A stretch of 64,000 nt of DNA. Source: Octopus vulgaris (taxonomy: Eukaryota). A model generated the notes under the pieces. That model was given only the letters and a program-made list of their open reading frames with translations, was not told the origin of the DNA and did not search any database. The stretch spans positions 20,274,001 through 20,338,000 of the forward strand of contig OX597814.1 in NCBI GenBank assembly GCA_951406725.2, given 5' to 3'. Below, one piece after another: positions 26,050 through 39,281 of this stretch. Each line of letters opens with the position of its first letter. Within the stretch, counting starts at the first letter, position 1. A program made the position numbers and the translations under genes.

Positions 26050-26425
26050 GGTTAGAAATTTGTTTTCCAGCTACATGATTCTAGATTCAGTACAATTGCT
26101 TGACATCTTAGGCAAGTGTCTTCTACTCTAGCCCCATGCCAACCAAAGCCTTGTGAGTGGATTTGGTAGATGGTGACTGAAGGAGGCCTGTCATATATAT
26201 GCCTATACCTGTGTGTATGTGTCTTTGTTCCCAACCATCTTTCGACAAACGATGCTGGTTTGTTTGCATCCTCACAGATTAGTGATTCAGCAAAAACAGA
26301 CTGATTGAATAAGTACCTGACTGACTCTACTGGACTACTAGGGTTGATCTGTTCAACTAAAACCCTTCAAAACAGTGCCCCAGCATGGCTGCTGTCCAAT
26401 TACTGAGACAAGAAATAAAAGCTAA
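26050..26425 (+). mobile_element. SINE family 1 (old, diverged)
   Basis: Recognisable head, core and tail. Confidence 0.75.
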
Positions 26426-26589
26426 ATAGTTATTTTTGATTTTACAACATAACTGGTGAATATTTAAGATAATGAACTATTAGATCAAAGTTCATGAGTT
26501 AGATAAAAAAAATGTATATCTTTTTACATATCTGACTTGATCTGCTGAAAAATTAATACTGAATTCATTGAATGACTGGATATAGCCAC

Positions 26590-26855
26590 AGTTAGAAAGG
26601 GAAGTTTAACAATACAATGAAATATTTGACCTCAAAAAGTGGAGTGGATGTAGACGTTTTCAAATGTGAACTTGACTTCTCACCGAGATCCTGGATGAGC
26701 CAATATCTAAGCAAGAGACTCAAAAAAGGGCAGTAGCATCGAATGCCATCCTTCACCAGAAGCCGCTCCGACAAAGGTGGAAAGTGGAAAGATAGTTACA
26801 ATGGCGGTGCTCCAGCATGGCCACAGTCATTGGACTGAAACATATAAGAGAATAA
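26590..26855 (+). mobile_element. CR1/L2-group LINE 3' end
   Basis: Eroded GVDVDVFK.ELD.....DEP C-terminal motif, then the tail GGCGGTGCTCCAGCATGGCC.CAGTC..GACTGAAAC. Confidence 0.55.
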
Positions 26856-27676
26856 GTCATTTCAATATCTGAATATTTAGAAACACTCTAAAAGAGTGGA
26901 TGTAAAAATGATTAAAATTTTGAAAATAAATCAGAATTATGATATATTTTGGTAAATTGTTTGAAAAGGCAAACAATTTGTGAATTAGATATTCTGTTCT
27001 CAATATCCACAATTCTTTTTGGTCTGCCATACCACTTTTATTTAAAATTTAATTTGGAATTGTTTTATTTCATGTTTGCAAGGACAGGATATGTTTGCTT
27101 TATTATTTTTTCGTAGATCTGTATATTTTACATGTTTGTGTAACAAGTCTTCTTTGGACCTACAAAACACTGTCAATGGATGGTTTTTGTTTGTTTTTCA
27201 TTTTAGTTTTTTACTGGTGACTTACAGTTAAATTATTGTATAAATAAATGTTTGTGCTCATGTAAATAGTTAGCTGATAAAAATACTTGTTAGTTTTGCA
27301 TATAGATAGCCATTGAGATTTTTGTGACGTTTATGTGTTTTGCTGGAGTACAGATAATATACATTGACTACTAGCAGTCAGTCTACTATTAGTTAAAAAG
27401 TTAGTGGTTCGTATCTCATCACTGATGCTGTATTGTGTTCTCAGAGAAGATATTTAATTCCTCTACTTATAACTTCGATTGAACAAACCTGTGATCAAAG
27501 GCATTCCAACTGTGACAATACCATTTAAAAAAAATATAATGATCCCCACCCCAACCTTTTTAAGGTCACTGGTATAATATGAGAGAGAATTGGCTGCTGT
27601 TCCTAGAAGGTTAAACAGTCATCTTGGGGCCAGGGGCAAGTTAACACATGCAAGCTGACAAAGCTTGTATCATATA

Positions 27677-28056
27677 CTAGCAGTATTGCCTGGCGTTGCT
27701 TGGGTTTGTTTCGACCCTTTAGAATTGGAATTTTTGAAAAGTTAAAATTTTGCATCATGCAGCTTGTTATTCTCTTTAAGTGAACATTTTTCTGGTTGAA
27801 ATGCACCAAAAAATGGCAACACAGCAGTCAAAAAATCGTAAAAAATAGGGATTTTCATAGAAAAAAAGCACCTTTTTGATGTAAATAATTTTTAAGTTTT
27901 TAAGTTTTTCTTCTACAGAAGGAAGAGCAAGCCTTCTTCTATCATACTCTCAATTTTGGTCAACTTGCACCACAGGGTCTCGGAGGAGATAGTGTTAGTT
28001 GAAGGCTAGCAAACCTGCCATACACAGACAACTTCAGCTTTATATATATAGAGAGA
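27677..28056 (-). mobile_element. Non-autonomous Helitron, family A
   Basis: Minus strand: A|TC..TATATATAAAGCTGAAGTTGTCTG 5' end; 3' hairpin CCCAAGC-AAC-GCCAGG then CTAG|T. Confidence 0.8.
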
Positions 28057-28357
28057 TTTGATGCAAACTTTGTTAGCTTGCACGAAAAAAAATTCTCAAT
28101 AAATTGCTATCTTATGCAAGAAAAGAAGTGTTCCTTGATAGTTTAATACCACATATACAATAATAAACTCAAGCTCAATGCAATATCTTCCTCTAACAAT
28201 GATAGATAAAAGAAGACACAGGTGGTAATGTATATAAATATAATTACATTTGTGTTTATCCTCAATTCTTTCTATTTAGATTCCTATCCATTGTTTTGGT
28301 TTTGAGTTATTGTTTTATAATATTTTTTTATACAACTTATATTTACTTTGTTTTAAG

Positions 28358-28429
28358 GATAATGTGCTTTCTGAATCAGCTGAAGCTGTAGTTGATTACC
28401 GCATCCATCCTTCACAGACACTTGAACAG
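28358..28429 (+). CDS. PM20D1: PM20D1-like exon 9 (72 nt)
   Basis: tttaAG|GAT..CAG|GTaatt; DNVLSESAEAVVDYRIHPSQTLEQ. Confidence 0.92.
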
Positions 28430-28892
28430 GTAATTATTACATTTAAATTTTATAAACAGTTACTGAGTAATCCACTTGACTACCTTTAATTTGATTTTAC
28501 CCAGAGAGAAAAAATAAAATGATATTCCAATTTTATTTAATTAAAAAAAGAAACAATTATTTTGAAGTAGTTTTTTTCTTTCAGTTTTTGTGTGAACTAC
28601 AAATTATTTTAGAACAGGGTTAAACCCTTTAGCATTTAAACTGGCCATATCCAGCCAAAATATTCCACCTGTTTTAAGTTCAAAACAGCCAGATCTAGTT
28701 TCTCACACCTACTCTACAATCTCATTTTAAATATAAACAATCACATCATGTGGATGTCTTATTTTGGAACTCTGGGTTATTTTTTAGAGTGACAACGAGG
28801 AGTAAATTTTACTATGATTACTACAGGCAGATGAACAAGAAACTAAACGTTAAAACCTGTACTACAGTTGCAGTCAGTCCATTTAGTAATGA

Positions 28893-29680
28893 CTAGCAGT
28901 ATAGCCTGGCTTTGCTCGGGATTAAGTTAGGATTATTAAGCTAATCAAGCTCTTTATTTCAAAGCAAACTAAGTAACATTGACGTCAAATTTGAGTGAAA
29001 TCCGTTGAAATTGGTAAACTTTTGGCTGCAATTTTGCAGACAATTTGATTGAGAAATCCCATAAGGAATCGGTTTATCGATTTTTTCCACTCATCGATCG
29101 TTTTGTGTTTTTTTTCATGTAACCCCACTCTGCCCATGGGTTGAGAACCCTTCCAGCAAGGAAAATAGAACGCCCAAAAGGGCCCCCGATCCTCTGTGTT
29201 AGAAGCAGTTATATTCAGATCACAACTATGTATATATATATGGGCAACACACACACACACACACACACAAACATATATGTACATACACCTATTGCATACA
29301 TGTTTTTGCATGCCTTTGCCCCTGCCACTGTCTCACCACCACCACCACCTCCTACCTGAGTAATACCATGAATTGAAGCAAATTTGGCACCTGGAAGTAA
29401 GTTTTGTAACAGGAATAGAGAAGCCTACTTTCTCCCGCAGAGATGTGAAAGTCATATCTCTCCTTTTGAAAACATGAACAGTTTCGAAACATTGTTTACA
29501 AAATAATAGCTGATCGTTTGCGAAGGAGCGTGTCTACAGTCAACATGTAGGTCTTTTGCTCTGGTAACCTCAGCTCTCTCCCATGTTCACACACGACCAG
29601 CTATATATCGCTATGAGTAGAGCAATGGATTCAGCTAATTTGGAAATTAGTTGTGGAGAAACGGAGAATATTGTTTATAT

Positions 29681-29721
<41 letters not shown>

Positions 29722-29876
29722 GGGCAACACACACGCATTGCATACATGTGTTTTGTATGCATACATGCTCGTGTATGTGTATGTGTGACTGAAGCCATTC
29801 ACACATACATACATACATAACAACACCTGTCTGTCTGTTTTTGCCAGTAAAAAGACGAAATTTTAAAAATCTGTTA

Positions 29877-29914
<38 letters not shown>

Positions 29915-30205
29915 CCTCTCCCTCCCTCTCTTTACACCATCACTAGGAGGGGACTTAACTCATGTTTGCTTTGTAAACAATGGTGGGTTTCTCCGCCATA
30001 AAAATTTAGAAGTTATGGCTCAAAATTATTTACCACTATTCACGGGTGCCTCGGGAGAAAATAGTTTCATGAAAATACAGCTAGGATCATGACGAATGTC
30101 CTCCTAAAATCTGAGCAACATGCGTGCTAATTTGTGGATGTGCATAAACTACAATCACGTACACACACACACGCATACACATATCCTGCCTTATATATAT
30201 ACAGA
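28893..30205 (-). mobile_element. Non-autonomous Helitron, family B
   Basis: Minus strand: A|TC 5' end at 30205, 3' hairpin CCCGAGC-AAA-GCCAGG and CTAG|T at 28893; related to 54005-55064. Confidence 0.8.
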
Positions 30206-30429
30206 TACAGTGGAGTTTCATGACTTGATAGTGGCAGAAGTAGCAACGAAAATATTAGAAGAGAAATATAAATCAGAGATTACCATGGCATGAGCTATTA
30301 GTATAAAAACTGCACTCAAAAATTATTTAGGTCATAGTTCAAATGAATTTGTATTTGGCTTAAATATTTTATTTAGCTTTCACCTCTGACTGACCAGTTA
30401 CCTACTTTGGAATCTATAACAGCTACTGA

Positions 30430-30830
30430 CAGGGGTGGCTGTGTGGTAAGTAGCTTGCTAACCAACCACATGGTTCCGGGTTCAGTCCCACTGCGTGGCA
30501 TCTTGGGCAAGTGTCTTCTGCTATAGCCCCAGGCCGACCAATGCCTTGTGAGTGGATTTGGTAGACGGAAACTGAAAGAAGCCTGTCGTATATATGTATA
30601 TGTATGTGTGTGTGTTTGTGTGTCTGTGTTTGTTCCCCTAGCATTGCTTGACAACCGATGCTGGTGTGTTTACGTCCCCGTCACTTAGCGGTTCGGCAAA
30701 AAGAGACCGATAGAATAACTACTGGGCTTACAAAAAGAATGAGTCCCGGGGTCGAGTTGCTCGACTAAAAGGCGGTGCTCCAGCATGGCCGCAGTCAAAA
30801 TGACTGAAACAAGTAAAAGAAAGAAAGAAA
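30430..30830 (+). mobile_element. SINE family 1
   Basis: Full match. Confidence 0.9.
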
Positions 30831-30990
30831 TATCTAGGATAATTTAAATGTTCTTCATACAGCATGAAAGAGTTTCAAAGAGGCTGAAGCAAGTGAAAAA
30901 ATAAAAAGAGCAGTGAGATCTAAAGTAGGGGTGTCAAATTTGATTGGCTTTGTTAGCTGGACTGAGGCATAAACTAGATTTAGTGGTCTG

Positions 30991-32712
30991 CATCATCATC
31001 ATCATCATCATCATCATTTAACGTCCGCTTTCCATGCTAGCATGGGTTGGACGGTTCAACTGGGGTCTGGGGAGCCCGAAAGCTGCACCAGTCCAGTCAG
31101 ATCTGGCAGTGTTTCTACAGCTGGATGCCCTTCCTAACGCCAACCACTCCAAGAGTGTAGTGGGTGATTTTATGTGCCACCGACACAGGTGCCAGACGAG
31201 GCTGGCAAACGGCCATGCTCGGATGGTGTTTTTTATGTGCCACCGACACAGGTGCCAGACGAGGCTGGCAGACGGCCACGCTCGGATGGTGTTTTTATGT
31301 GCCACCGACACAGGTGCCAGATGAGGCTGGCAAAACGGCCACGATCGGATGGTGCTTGTTACGTGCCCACAGCACGGAGGCCAGTCGATGCGGTACTGGC
31401 TACGGCCACGTTCGGATGGTTTTCTTGTGTGCCACGTGCCACCGGCACTGGTACCACAAGGATACAAATTCCATTGATGTTCATCTATTTTGATTTGTTT
31501 TGATTTGATTTTCACTTGCCTCAACAGGTCTTCACAAGTGTCACAAGAAGGAAGGTATGCACAGGTGAACTGACTACGTCCCAGGTAGGGGCCATGGGTT
31601 ATGGCCTGACTAGTCTTGCCGGGTCTTCGGATGGTGATTTTATGTGCCACCGACACAGGTGCTAGATGAGGCTGGCGAACGGCCACGATCGGATGGTGTT
31701 TGTCATGTGCCCACCGCACTGACTACAGCACTGATGGATTTCTTGTGTGCCACAGGCACTGGTACCACAAGATACAAATTCCATTCCATTGATGTTCATC
31801 TATTTTGTCTATTTTGATTTGATTTGATTTTGATTTTGATTTTGATTTTGATTTTCACTTGCCTCAACCGGTCTTCACAAGTGTCACAAGAGGAAGGTAT
31901 GCACAGGTGGACTGACTAGTCTTGCCGGGTCTTCGGAAGGTGTTTTTATGTGCCACCGACACAGGTGCCAGATGAGGCTGGCGAACGGCCATGATCAGAT
32001 GGTGTTTGTTACGTGCCCACAGCACGGAGGCCGGTCGATGCGGAACTGGCTACGGCCACGTTCGGATGGTTCTCTTGTGTGCCACCGGCACTGGTACCAC
32101 AAAGATACAGATTCCATTGATGTTCATCTATTTTGATTTGTTTTGATTTTGATTTTCACTTGCCTCAACAGGTCTTCACAAGTGTCACAAGAAGGAAGGT
32201 ATGCACAGGTGGACTGACTACGTCCCAGGTAGGGGCCATGGGTTATGGCCTGACTAGTCTTGCCGGGTCTTCGGATGGTGTTTTTATGTGCCACCGACAC
32301 AGGTGCTAGATGAGGCTGGCGAACGGCCACGATCGGATGGTGTTTGTCATGTGCCCACAGCACGGAGGCCAGTCGATGCGGTACTGGCTACGGCCACTTT
32401 CGGATGGTTTTCTCTTGTGTGCCACCGGGTACCACAAAGATACAAATTCCATTGATGTTCATCTATTTTGATTTGTTTTGATTTGATTTTGATTTTGATT
32501 TTCACTTGCCTCAACAGGCCTTCACAAGTATCACAAGGAGGAAGGTATGCACAGGTGGACTGACTACGTCCCAGGTAGGGGCCATGGTTTATGGCCTGAC
32601 TAGTCTTGCCGGGTCTTCAGATGGTGTTTTTATGTGCCACCGACACAGGTGCTAGATGAGGCTGGCGAATGGCCACGACCGGATGGTGTTTGTTATGTGC
32701 CCACTGCACGAG
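30991..32712 (-). repeat. RTE 3' UTR with internal tandem array: ~63-bp units nested in ~305-345-bp higher-order units
   Basis: TATGTGCCACCGACACAGGTGC recurs at ~31171, 31234, 31296, 31641, 31947, 32285 and 32631; (CAT)n tail at 30991-31017. Confidence 0.9.
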
Positions 32713-33842
32713 AGATAATTATTCCTATAATCCCCATTCTTAATGTAAGACATGTAAATAGATAAAGGAGTCATTATACAGTATAACAAGGAAAGAAAAA
32801 ATATGAGATGTTAGCAAAATTTGTGTGCAGAGATGTGTGGGGAAAACTCACTCAGACATCATATACACAGTCTTATTAAGTAAAAGTACTATTGTGAGAG
32901 TGGAGACAGAAATTATCCAAATGAATGTGTACAACTCTTGAGAAGATCAATACTTGATAGAAAGTTTTCACTGTTTCAGCCACAAAAATTTTCAACATCA
33001 TTCATATTATAAGAAATCATTTGAACAAACACTTGAATAAATTTTAAGAGACAAAACTTCTGTTTGGCTCAGCATGAGTAGACAAAGTAAAGGTGGGGGA
33101 ATAGGTCTCCTCTTTTAGCATGTAAATTCATATGCACTGACTTGATTAACTGGAATTAGTGATAATCATGATTCTAGCAGGACTTCAACTTTAAAATTTA
33201 AAAAAGTATTTAAAAAATTTATTTTATTTTATAAAATTGTACTGGGAGCAAGACAAAACATCACTATAGACTGAATCTAGCCCTTGGATTGTATGTTTTC
33301 CACCCCTGGTCTAAAATGAGGACTAATGCTGATGAAGATTTTGGTGCTGGTAACCAGATCTATTATAAATGACAAAACTTTAAAAGATGGTATAGTTCTG
33401 CAAGGTTTGAAAGAAAATAAGTACTGGGATTGATTAGTTTGACTAAAATTCCTCAAGGCAGTTACCCCAGCATGGCCACAATCTAATGACTGAAACAAGT
33501 AAAAGATAAATGATATCATCAATATCTCCAATAGAAGTAAGGAAAGGCAGGTTTCCTAGGAATAGTGTGTTAAGTAGAGATGAGAAATCTGAATAAAAAA
33601 TTTTCCAGGTCAGATTATTTACATACTTGTCCAGATGTATGATTTGATGTTTGTAGTATGAACAATACGAGAAAACACCTAAAGTAAGGATGATGTTTGA
33701 AACAAAGCATTATTAAAATTAAAATCTAAGAAAATATCTACATCGTTTCCAATCTTTGAAAAAAAATCTTCAAATTTGAATATTATCTACTATACTGCCA
33801 GTTTGTAAGATGGATCTTCGCAGGGTGATTTATCATATTTGT

Positions 33843-34052
33843 TACTCTTTTACTCTTTAACTTGTTTCAGTCATTTTACTGTGGCCATGCTGGAGCACCG
33901 CCTTTAGTCGAGCAAATCAACCCCAGGACTTGTTCTTTGTAAGCCTAGTACTTATTCTATTGGTCTCTTTTGCCGAACCACTAAGTTGCAGGGACGTAAA
34001 CACACCAGCATTGGTTGTCAAGCGATGTTGGGGGGACAAACACAGACACAAA

Positions 34053-34085
<33 letters not shown>

Positions 34086-34268
34086 CACATACATATATAC
34101 GACGGGCTTCTTTCAGCCTCCGTCTACCAAATCCACTCACAAGGCTTTGGTCGGCCTGAGGCTATAGTAGAAGATGCAGTGGGACTGCAGCCCAAGATGC
34201 AGTGGAACTGAACCCGGAACCATGTGGTTTGTAAGCAAGCTACTTCCCACACATCCACTTCTATGCCT
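33843..34268 (-). mobile_element. SINE family 1
   Basis: Full match with a small internal rearrangement. Confidence 0.9.
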
Positions 34269-34309
34269 GGAGATAATATGAACAAGATGGCTCCAGTATG
34301 TTCGTCATC

Positions 34310-34625
34310 AGATAACTGGACCATGTAATAAAGAGTCCATTAGCATTCAAGACTCTTACACTCAGTGAAGTGGCTGTTGCTGGTGTCCTAGTAGCTGCTG
34401 TGACATAGATATTTCAACTGGCCAGGTTTCCAGAAGTGCTTGGTAAAAACTCATCACTTGTAGTGACTTTAAAATTTTTATCGAATCTTGTTAGTGATCA
34501 CCATCTCAGAGTTGATGTAGCAAGAATGAAAGAAATGATGATCAACAAGGAAGTTAATATAGAATGAGTCAGAGATCGTGAGCAGATTTCAGACTGTCTA
34601 ATACAGGTAGAAGCTTTCTCATATT
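34310..34625 (+). mobile_element. Ty1/copia (GalEa-like) RNase H remnant
   Basis: LDHVIKSPLAFKTLTLSE.A.AGV ... LRVDVARMKEM....V..E*V..REQISDCL. Confidence 0.6.
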
Positions 34626-35570
34626 TTGAGAGACTTACCAAACTAATAACCACTGTTTGTGTTTATTCTATGTATGTAACATCACTTGAAAACTTTTGAA
34701 ATTTTGAGCATTAGAATGTTTGAGATTTTCATTTTTTCGACATTGCCCTATTGACACGTGGTACATGGAGTTCAATTTGAACTGCCTCGTGCGAAAACTT
34801 GAGAAGAGGAGCCTAAGTAGTCTAGGAAATATCAGCAAAGTCAGCAAGAGTTGTTGCCCTTAGCTTAAGCTGCCCGTTTCTAGTGATGCCGAGAAAGTAA
34901 ATACTGATCGTATAAGAGGTAGAAATATATAGTTTCAAATTTTAGCAAGAAAGCAGCAATTTTTTAGGGTTTAGGGTAAGTAGATTACATTGACTCCTGT
35001 GCTCAACAGCACTTAATTTATCGATCTGGAAAGGATGAAAGACTAAGTAGACCTCGGCGAAATAAGAGGTAGAGATTTATGAAAAGTTATATAACATGAG
35101 ATGTTATATAATAGGATGTTATGTAATTCTTGGAGTTAAAATACTTTCACAGGAATAAATGGAGGATCTTTTTGTACTGGGCGACCTCATATATGTGCAT
35201 AGTAGAGATGGGAGCTTATAATAGCTTATAATAGCTTTTTAATAAGCTTATTCTATACAGTATTTAGGAGTACTTTTGTTGAGTGTATGCTGGGTGATAT
35301 TGGAAGCAATTAGAGATGTGTTTTTCAGGAAAAATGCTGCAAAGAAAGTTATTCTTAGCTGGTTATGTCCTAGTTATTGAAATATTTGTGTTCCACTGAA
35401 AATTTATACTTTATCATGTTGAAAGCTATTAATATTATGAAGATTGGTGCTAACTAGAACCATTAAAGTAGAATACTAATGAACTGTGATAATAATGATT
35501 AACTTAATTACATGAGTTATTATTATTATTATTATTAAAAAATAGTTTATTATACATTTTCCATTTGCAG

Positions 35571-35736
35571 GTATTTGATTTTCATCGCAAAATTATCAAT
35601 GATGATAGGGTGAAAACTACCCTTAAGAACTACATAGCACCTTCTCTTACTTCACCTTATGATGAAGCTAGTTTTGGTTACCATACAGTGAAAAACAGCA
35701 TCAGAGAAGTATTCCCTGATGTGCTAGTTGTGCCAG
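35571..35736 (+). CDS. PM20D1: PM20D1-like exon 10 (166 nt)
   Basis: ttgcAG|GTA..CCA G|GTaagc; SPYDEASFGY....SIREVFPDVLVVP. Confidence 0.92.
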
Positions 35737-36410
35737 GTAAGCTTTTGAAACAATGTATTTCAGTTTTTGCTTCTCAAAAACATGGCTCTGGGTTCAGTCC
35801 CACTGTGTGAAAGCTTGAGCATATGTCTTCTACTATAGCCCTGGGCTGATCAAAGCTTTGCAAATAAACTTGCTAGACAGAAACTGAAAGCTCATCTATA
35901 TGTATGTACACAGACACACATGCACATATATGTAGTTGTTGGTTAAAGCTGGTCAGAAAGTTACCATTGGTTTTATAAGCAGCTTGTTGACCAGAGGCAC
36001 ATAACCTCTTTTCTAATGGAAGTAAGAATACAGTCTTGGTCATCATGGTGGTGAAAAAAATCCGGCAATAAAATTCTTGGAAGGAAAAATCTCTTCTAGG
36101 AGACACAGTGTGATCTCTCTCTGGACAGTTCCATTTGCATCCAAAAAGGGCCAGTTTATGTATGTTTTCTACTCACTAGTTAGCAATGAGAGAAGCCCAT
36201 ACTTTCCAACATCAATTTTCTACCATGAGAGCACTGACTAAACATATCAACTTTTGAATTTAAGAAGGCCCCTAGATCAAGTAATTCTTTTAGGATCTTT
36301 GCCCTCTTGATCAAACAAAGTTTGTATTATCTATTTCCATTGAGGTATGCCTTGGTTGTTCCAGAGCTTCCATTTATCCTGTATGGCATTTCCTCTTCTT
36401 TTTAAGAAAA

Positions 36411-36698
36411 AAATTTTCTTAAAGAAACACTCAGCTTCCTTTTCCCAACCTCCACCCATCACCTCCAAATATTTCACTTTTAACTTTTTCGAAAGCCGGG
36501 AAAGTTTTTCCAGAAATAATGTTGTTTAGCTGTTGTTTCTGATGATGGTCTGATATTTTTGATATCAGCTATTTCAGTAGAATTCTACATATGCATGAAA
36601 CATGAGACAAAAGTGAAACATTCGGAGTTTTTAGCTTTCTGAAAGCAGGGAGGTGGGTGAGGTAGGGAAACAATTGAGTGTTTCTTTAAGAAAAATTA
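36411..36698. repeat. Imperfect inverted repeat (MITE-like remnant)
   Basis: AATTTTCTTAAAGAAACACTCA.. at 36411 versus TGAGTGTTTCTTTAAGAAAAATT ending at ~36698. Confidence 0.6.
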
Positions 36699-37702
36699 GA
36701 ATTTAAAAACAAAAATTCCTTGACTCATAATTGTGGATTAAAAAAAAACTTTTTAAGTTAAAAACTAAGAATCTGGTTGGGGGAATTAAAATTTTAAAAA
36801 CGTGATTTTTGGGCGAAATCGCATTCTCCAATATCAAAAACAAAATAAAGACCAGAAATGGGTGGTGTACACGTGCTTTACCTTTGCCCGATCCTTGAAT
36901 ACAAAATCAATTTATACCAGGATATGTTTCTTGTTTTTGTAGTTTATACAAGGTGAGCCTATTTTATTATATTCATTACATTTACTGTGCGTATGTATTA
37001 ATAGTAATAAATTTGGGGTTTTGGAGGGTTAGCTCTTTTTTCAAGCAAGTGGTATTTTGAAACCCTACTTTATTTATTTGTATATTTTACCTACATAGGT
37101 TAAACTTGCTGGCCACATTAGTGTCCCACCCACACTTAACAAGAAAATTTGTCGCACACACTGCCACAACAAGCAAAAGTACATCTTTTCTCTTCCTCAC
37201 ATTTCCACTTCATGCACTAGGCTTACCTCCCACTCCCCAATCCTGTCCTCTTGGCTCTGTGCCACTGTATAATTGTTCTCCGTTAACTTCCAACATCTAC
37301 AGCAAACATCTGTTTCTGTCTCTTTGCCTTGCTATAACTTTTCATTATCCAACACAAGATCACCTCCTTCAATGCCCCCTCCCCTCTCAAAAGAGGTTTT
37401 TTTTTTCTTCTTGTAAGTATTAGGTGATTCTGTCAGTGCAGATGCCACTTAAAATCACCCAATCCATGCTGTATAGTGGATGGCATTTGGGAGGGCATCC
37501 AGCTGTACAAACCTTGCCAAAACTGACCTTGCCTGTGCTCATACCATATAAAAAGCACTAAGTCCACTCTGCAGAGTGGTTGGTGTTAGGGAGGACATCC
37601 AGCTGTAAAAATACTGCCAAAACAGTTACAGAAGTTTGGTGTAGGCTTCTGCCTGGCAAGCTCTTGTCAAACGAACCCACCCATGAATGTGGACATTAAA
37701 TG

Positions 37703-37766
<64 letters not shown>

Positions 37767-37959
37767 GTAATAATACTTTATTTAATTTTATATTGTACTG
37801 AGTCACTTTATGTTCATTTTTGAATGTCACAGGGCAATTGTAGATCTCCAGGAAGCCAGCTATCCTTGATCTTACCACTCTTTCAAACACTTTAATGATG
37901 TGGAAGGTTAGTGAGATTGGGTGATAGTTGACTGCGAGGGATCTGTTTCCTTGTCTAAG

Positions 37960-39141
37960 GTTGTTTTTCTACTCATTTTGAGCATTGAACAACAATATGA
38001 GTCTTCAAAGACAGTTGCTCCCAAAAGTACCAAAATAAAATTTGGTGTTTTGGGAGGGTCAAAGTTCGGAACAAAAACAGGACAGTGGAGACATACAAGG
38101 AAAGCAAGCAAGAACAAACATGGAGGGTCGTTAGACCAGAACAAGGGTAAAATAGCGAACGCTGGAGAAATATTTTCTTTTCCAAGAGAAAAGAGAGATA
38201 GGATATGTCCAGTCATTAGGACAGTCCTGAAAGAAAAGAAAGATGGATGATGGTCACGTGTGAGCAATGAGAGAGAGAAGAGGAGAAAGAGGGGGACAGA
38301 GAGAGACAGATAGAAAACAGTGAAGGGAAGAAAAAAGGAATTAGAGAAAGGATGAGAGAGAAAATGATGGGGGAGGAAAACAGTACAGAGTAGAGTTGCA
38401 TCAAAAAGATTAATATAAACCTACTTGGAAATTAAGGTTAGGGTTATTATTATAATTTTTATAATTATGAGTATAATTATAAATATAATTATTATAATTA
38501 TACTCATAAATGATGATGATGATGATAATCATAAAAAGTTTTGTTTAACTTTACCGATAATGGTTCTTTTAACATACCGAACTACTTGGTAAAATTATTA
38601 ATTATTAATTAATTAATTTTACCCTTTATTATTATTGATAATATAATTCTCTCCCTGATAGTAAACTACAGTTTTTTCTGTAGAATTTTACTCATTAGCG
38701 CACGTCAATGAGTGAGGAGGAATACAAGATCTCATTTGTCTATTTGAATTCGGACCTACTGGTCATTAGATGTATGTTGTCTGATGACACCTGGTCAAAT
38801 AAGTATGTTTAGTTTTTGCAGTGCTCTCAAATTTAAAATCTTGTATTACTGTACTGAAAAGGAGAATGATAGAGTGGAAATGTAGTTTTGACATTTTTCA
38901 CATCTATCTAACTCCGAAACACGTATACAGTTATTCAAAGCCGGGCGGATTCGTTATCATTTTCTCTTTACCTGTGTGGGTTGTTGAGTATTGTTGTCTG
39001 GGAGATTTTCTTATAGTAGTGAAATAGTTAGTTTCCACTGCTATTTCTAAATTTCGGTATGTGGTGAAGCAAATTTTTGCTGAACCCTAATTATAATTAT
39101 ACTCATAATTATAAAATTTTTTATATATATATACATATTAT

Positions 39142-39188
<47 letters not shown>

Positions 39189-39232
39189 CATATATACATA
39201 TATATACATACATATATACATATATATATATA

Positions 39233-39281
<49 letters not shown>

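Noticed and set aside
31165-32712. CRISPR-like repeat/spacer array
   Set aside because: The intervening segments are themselves repeated rather than unique spacers; eukaryotic intron, no cas genes.
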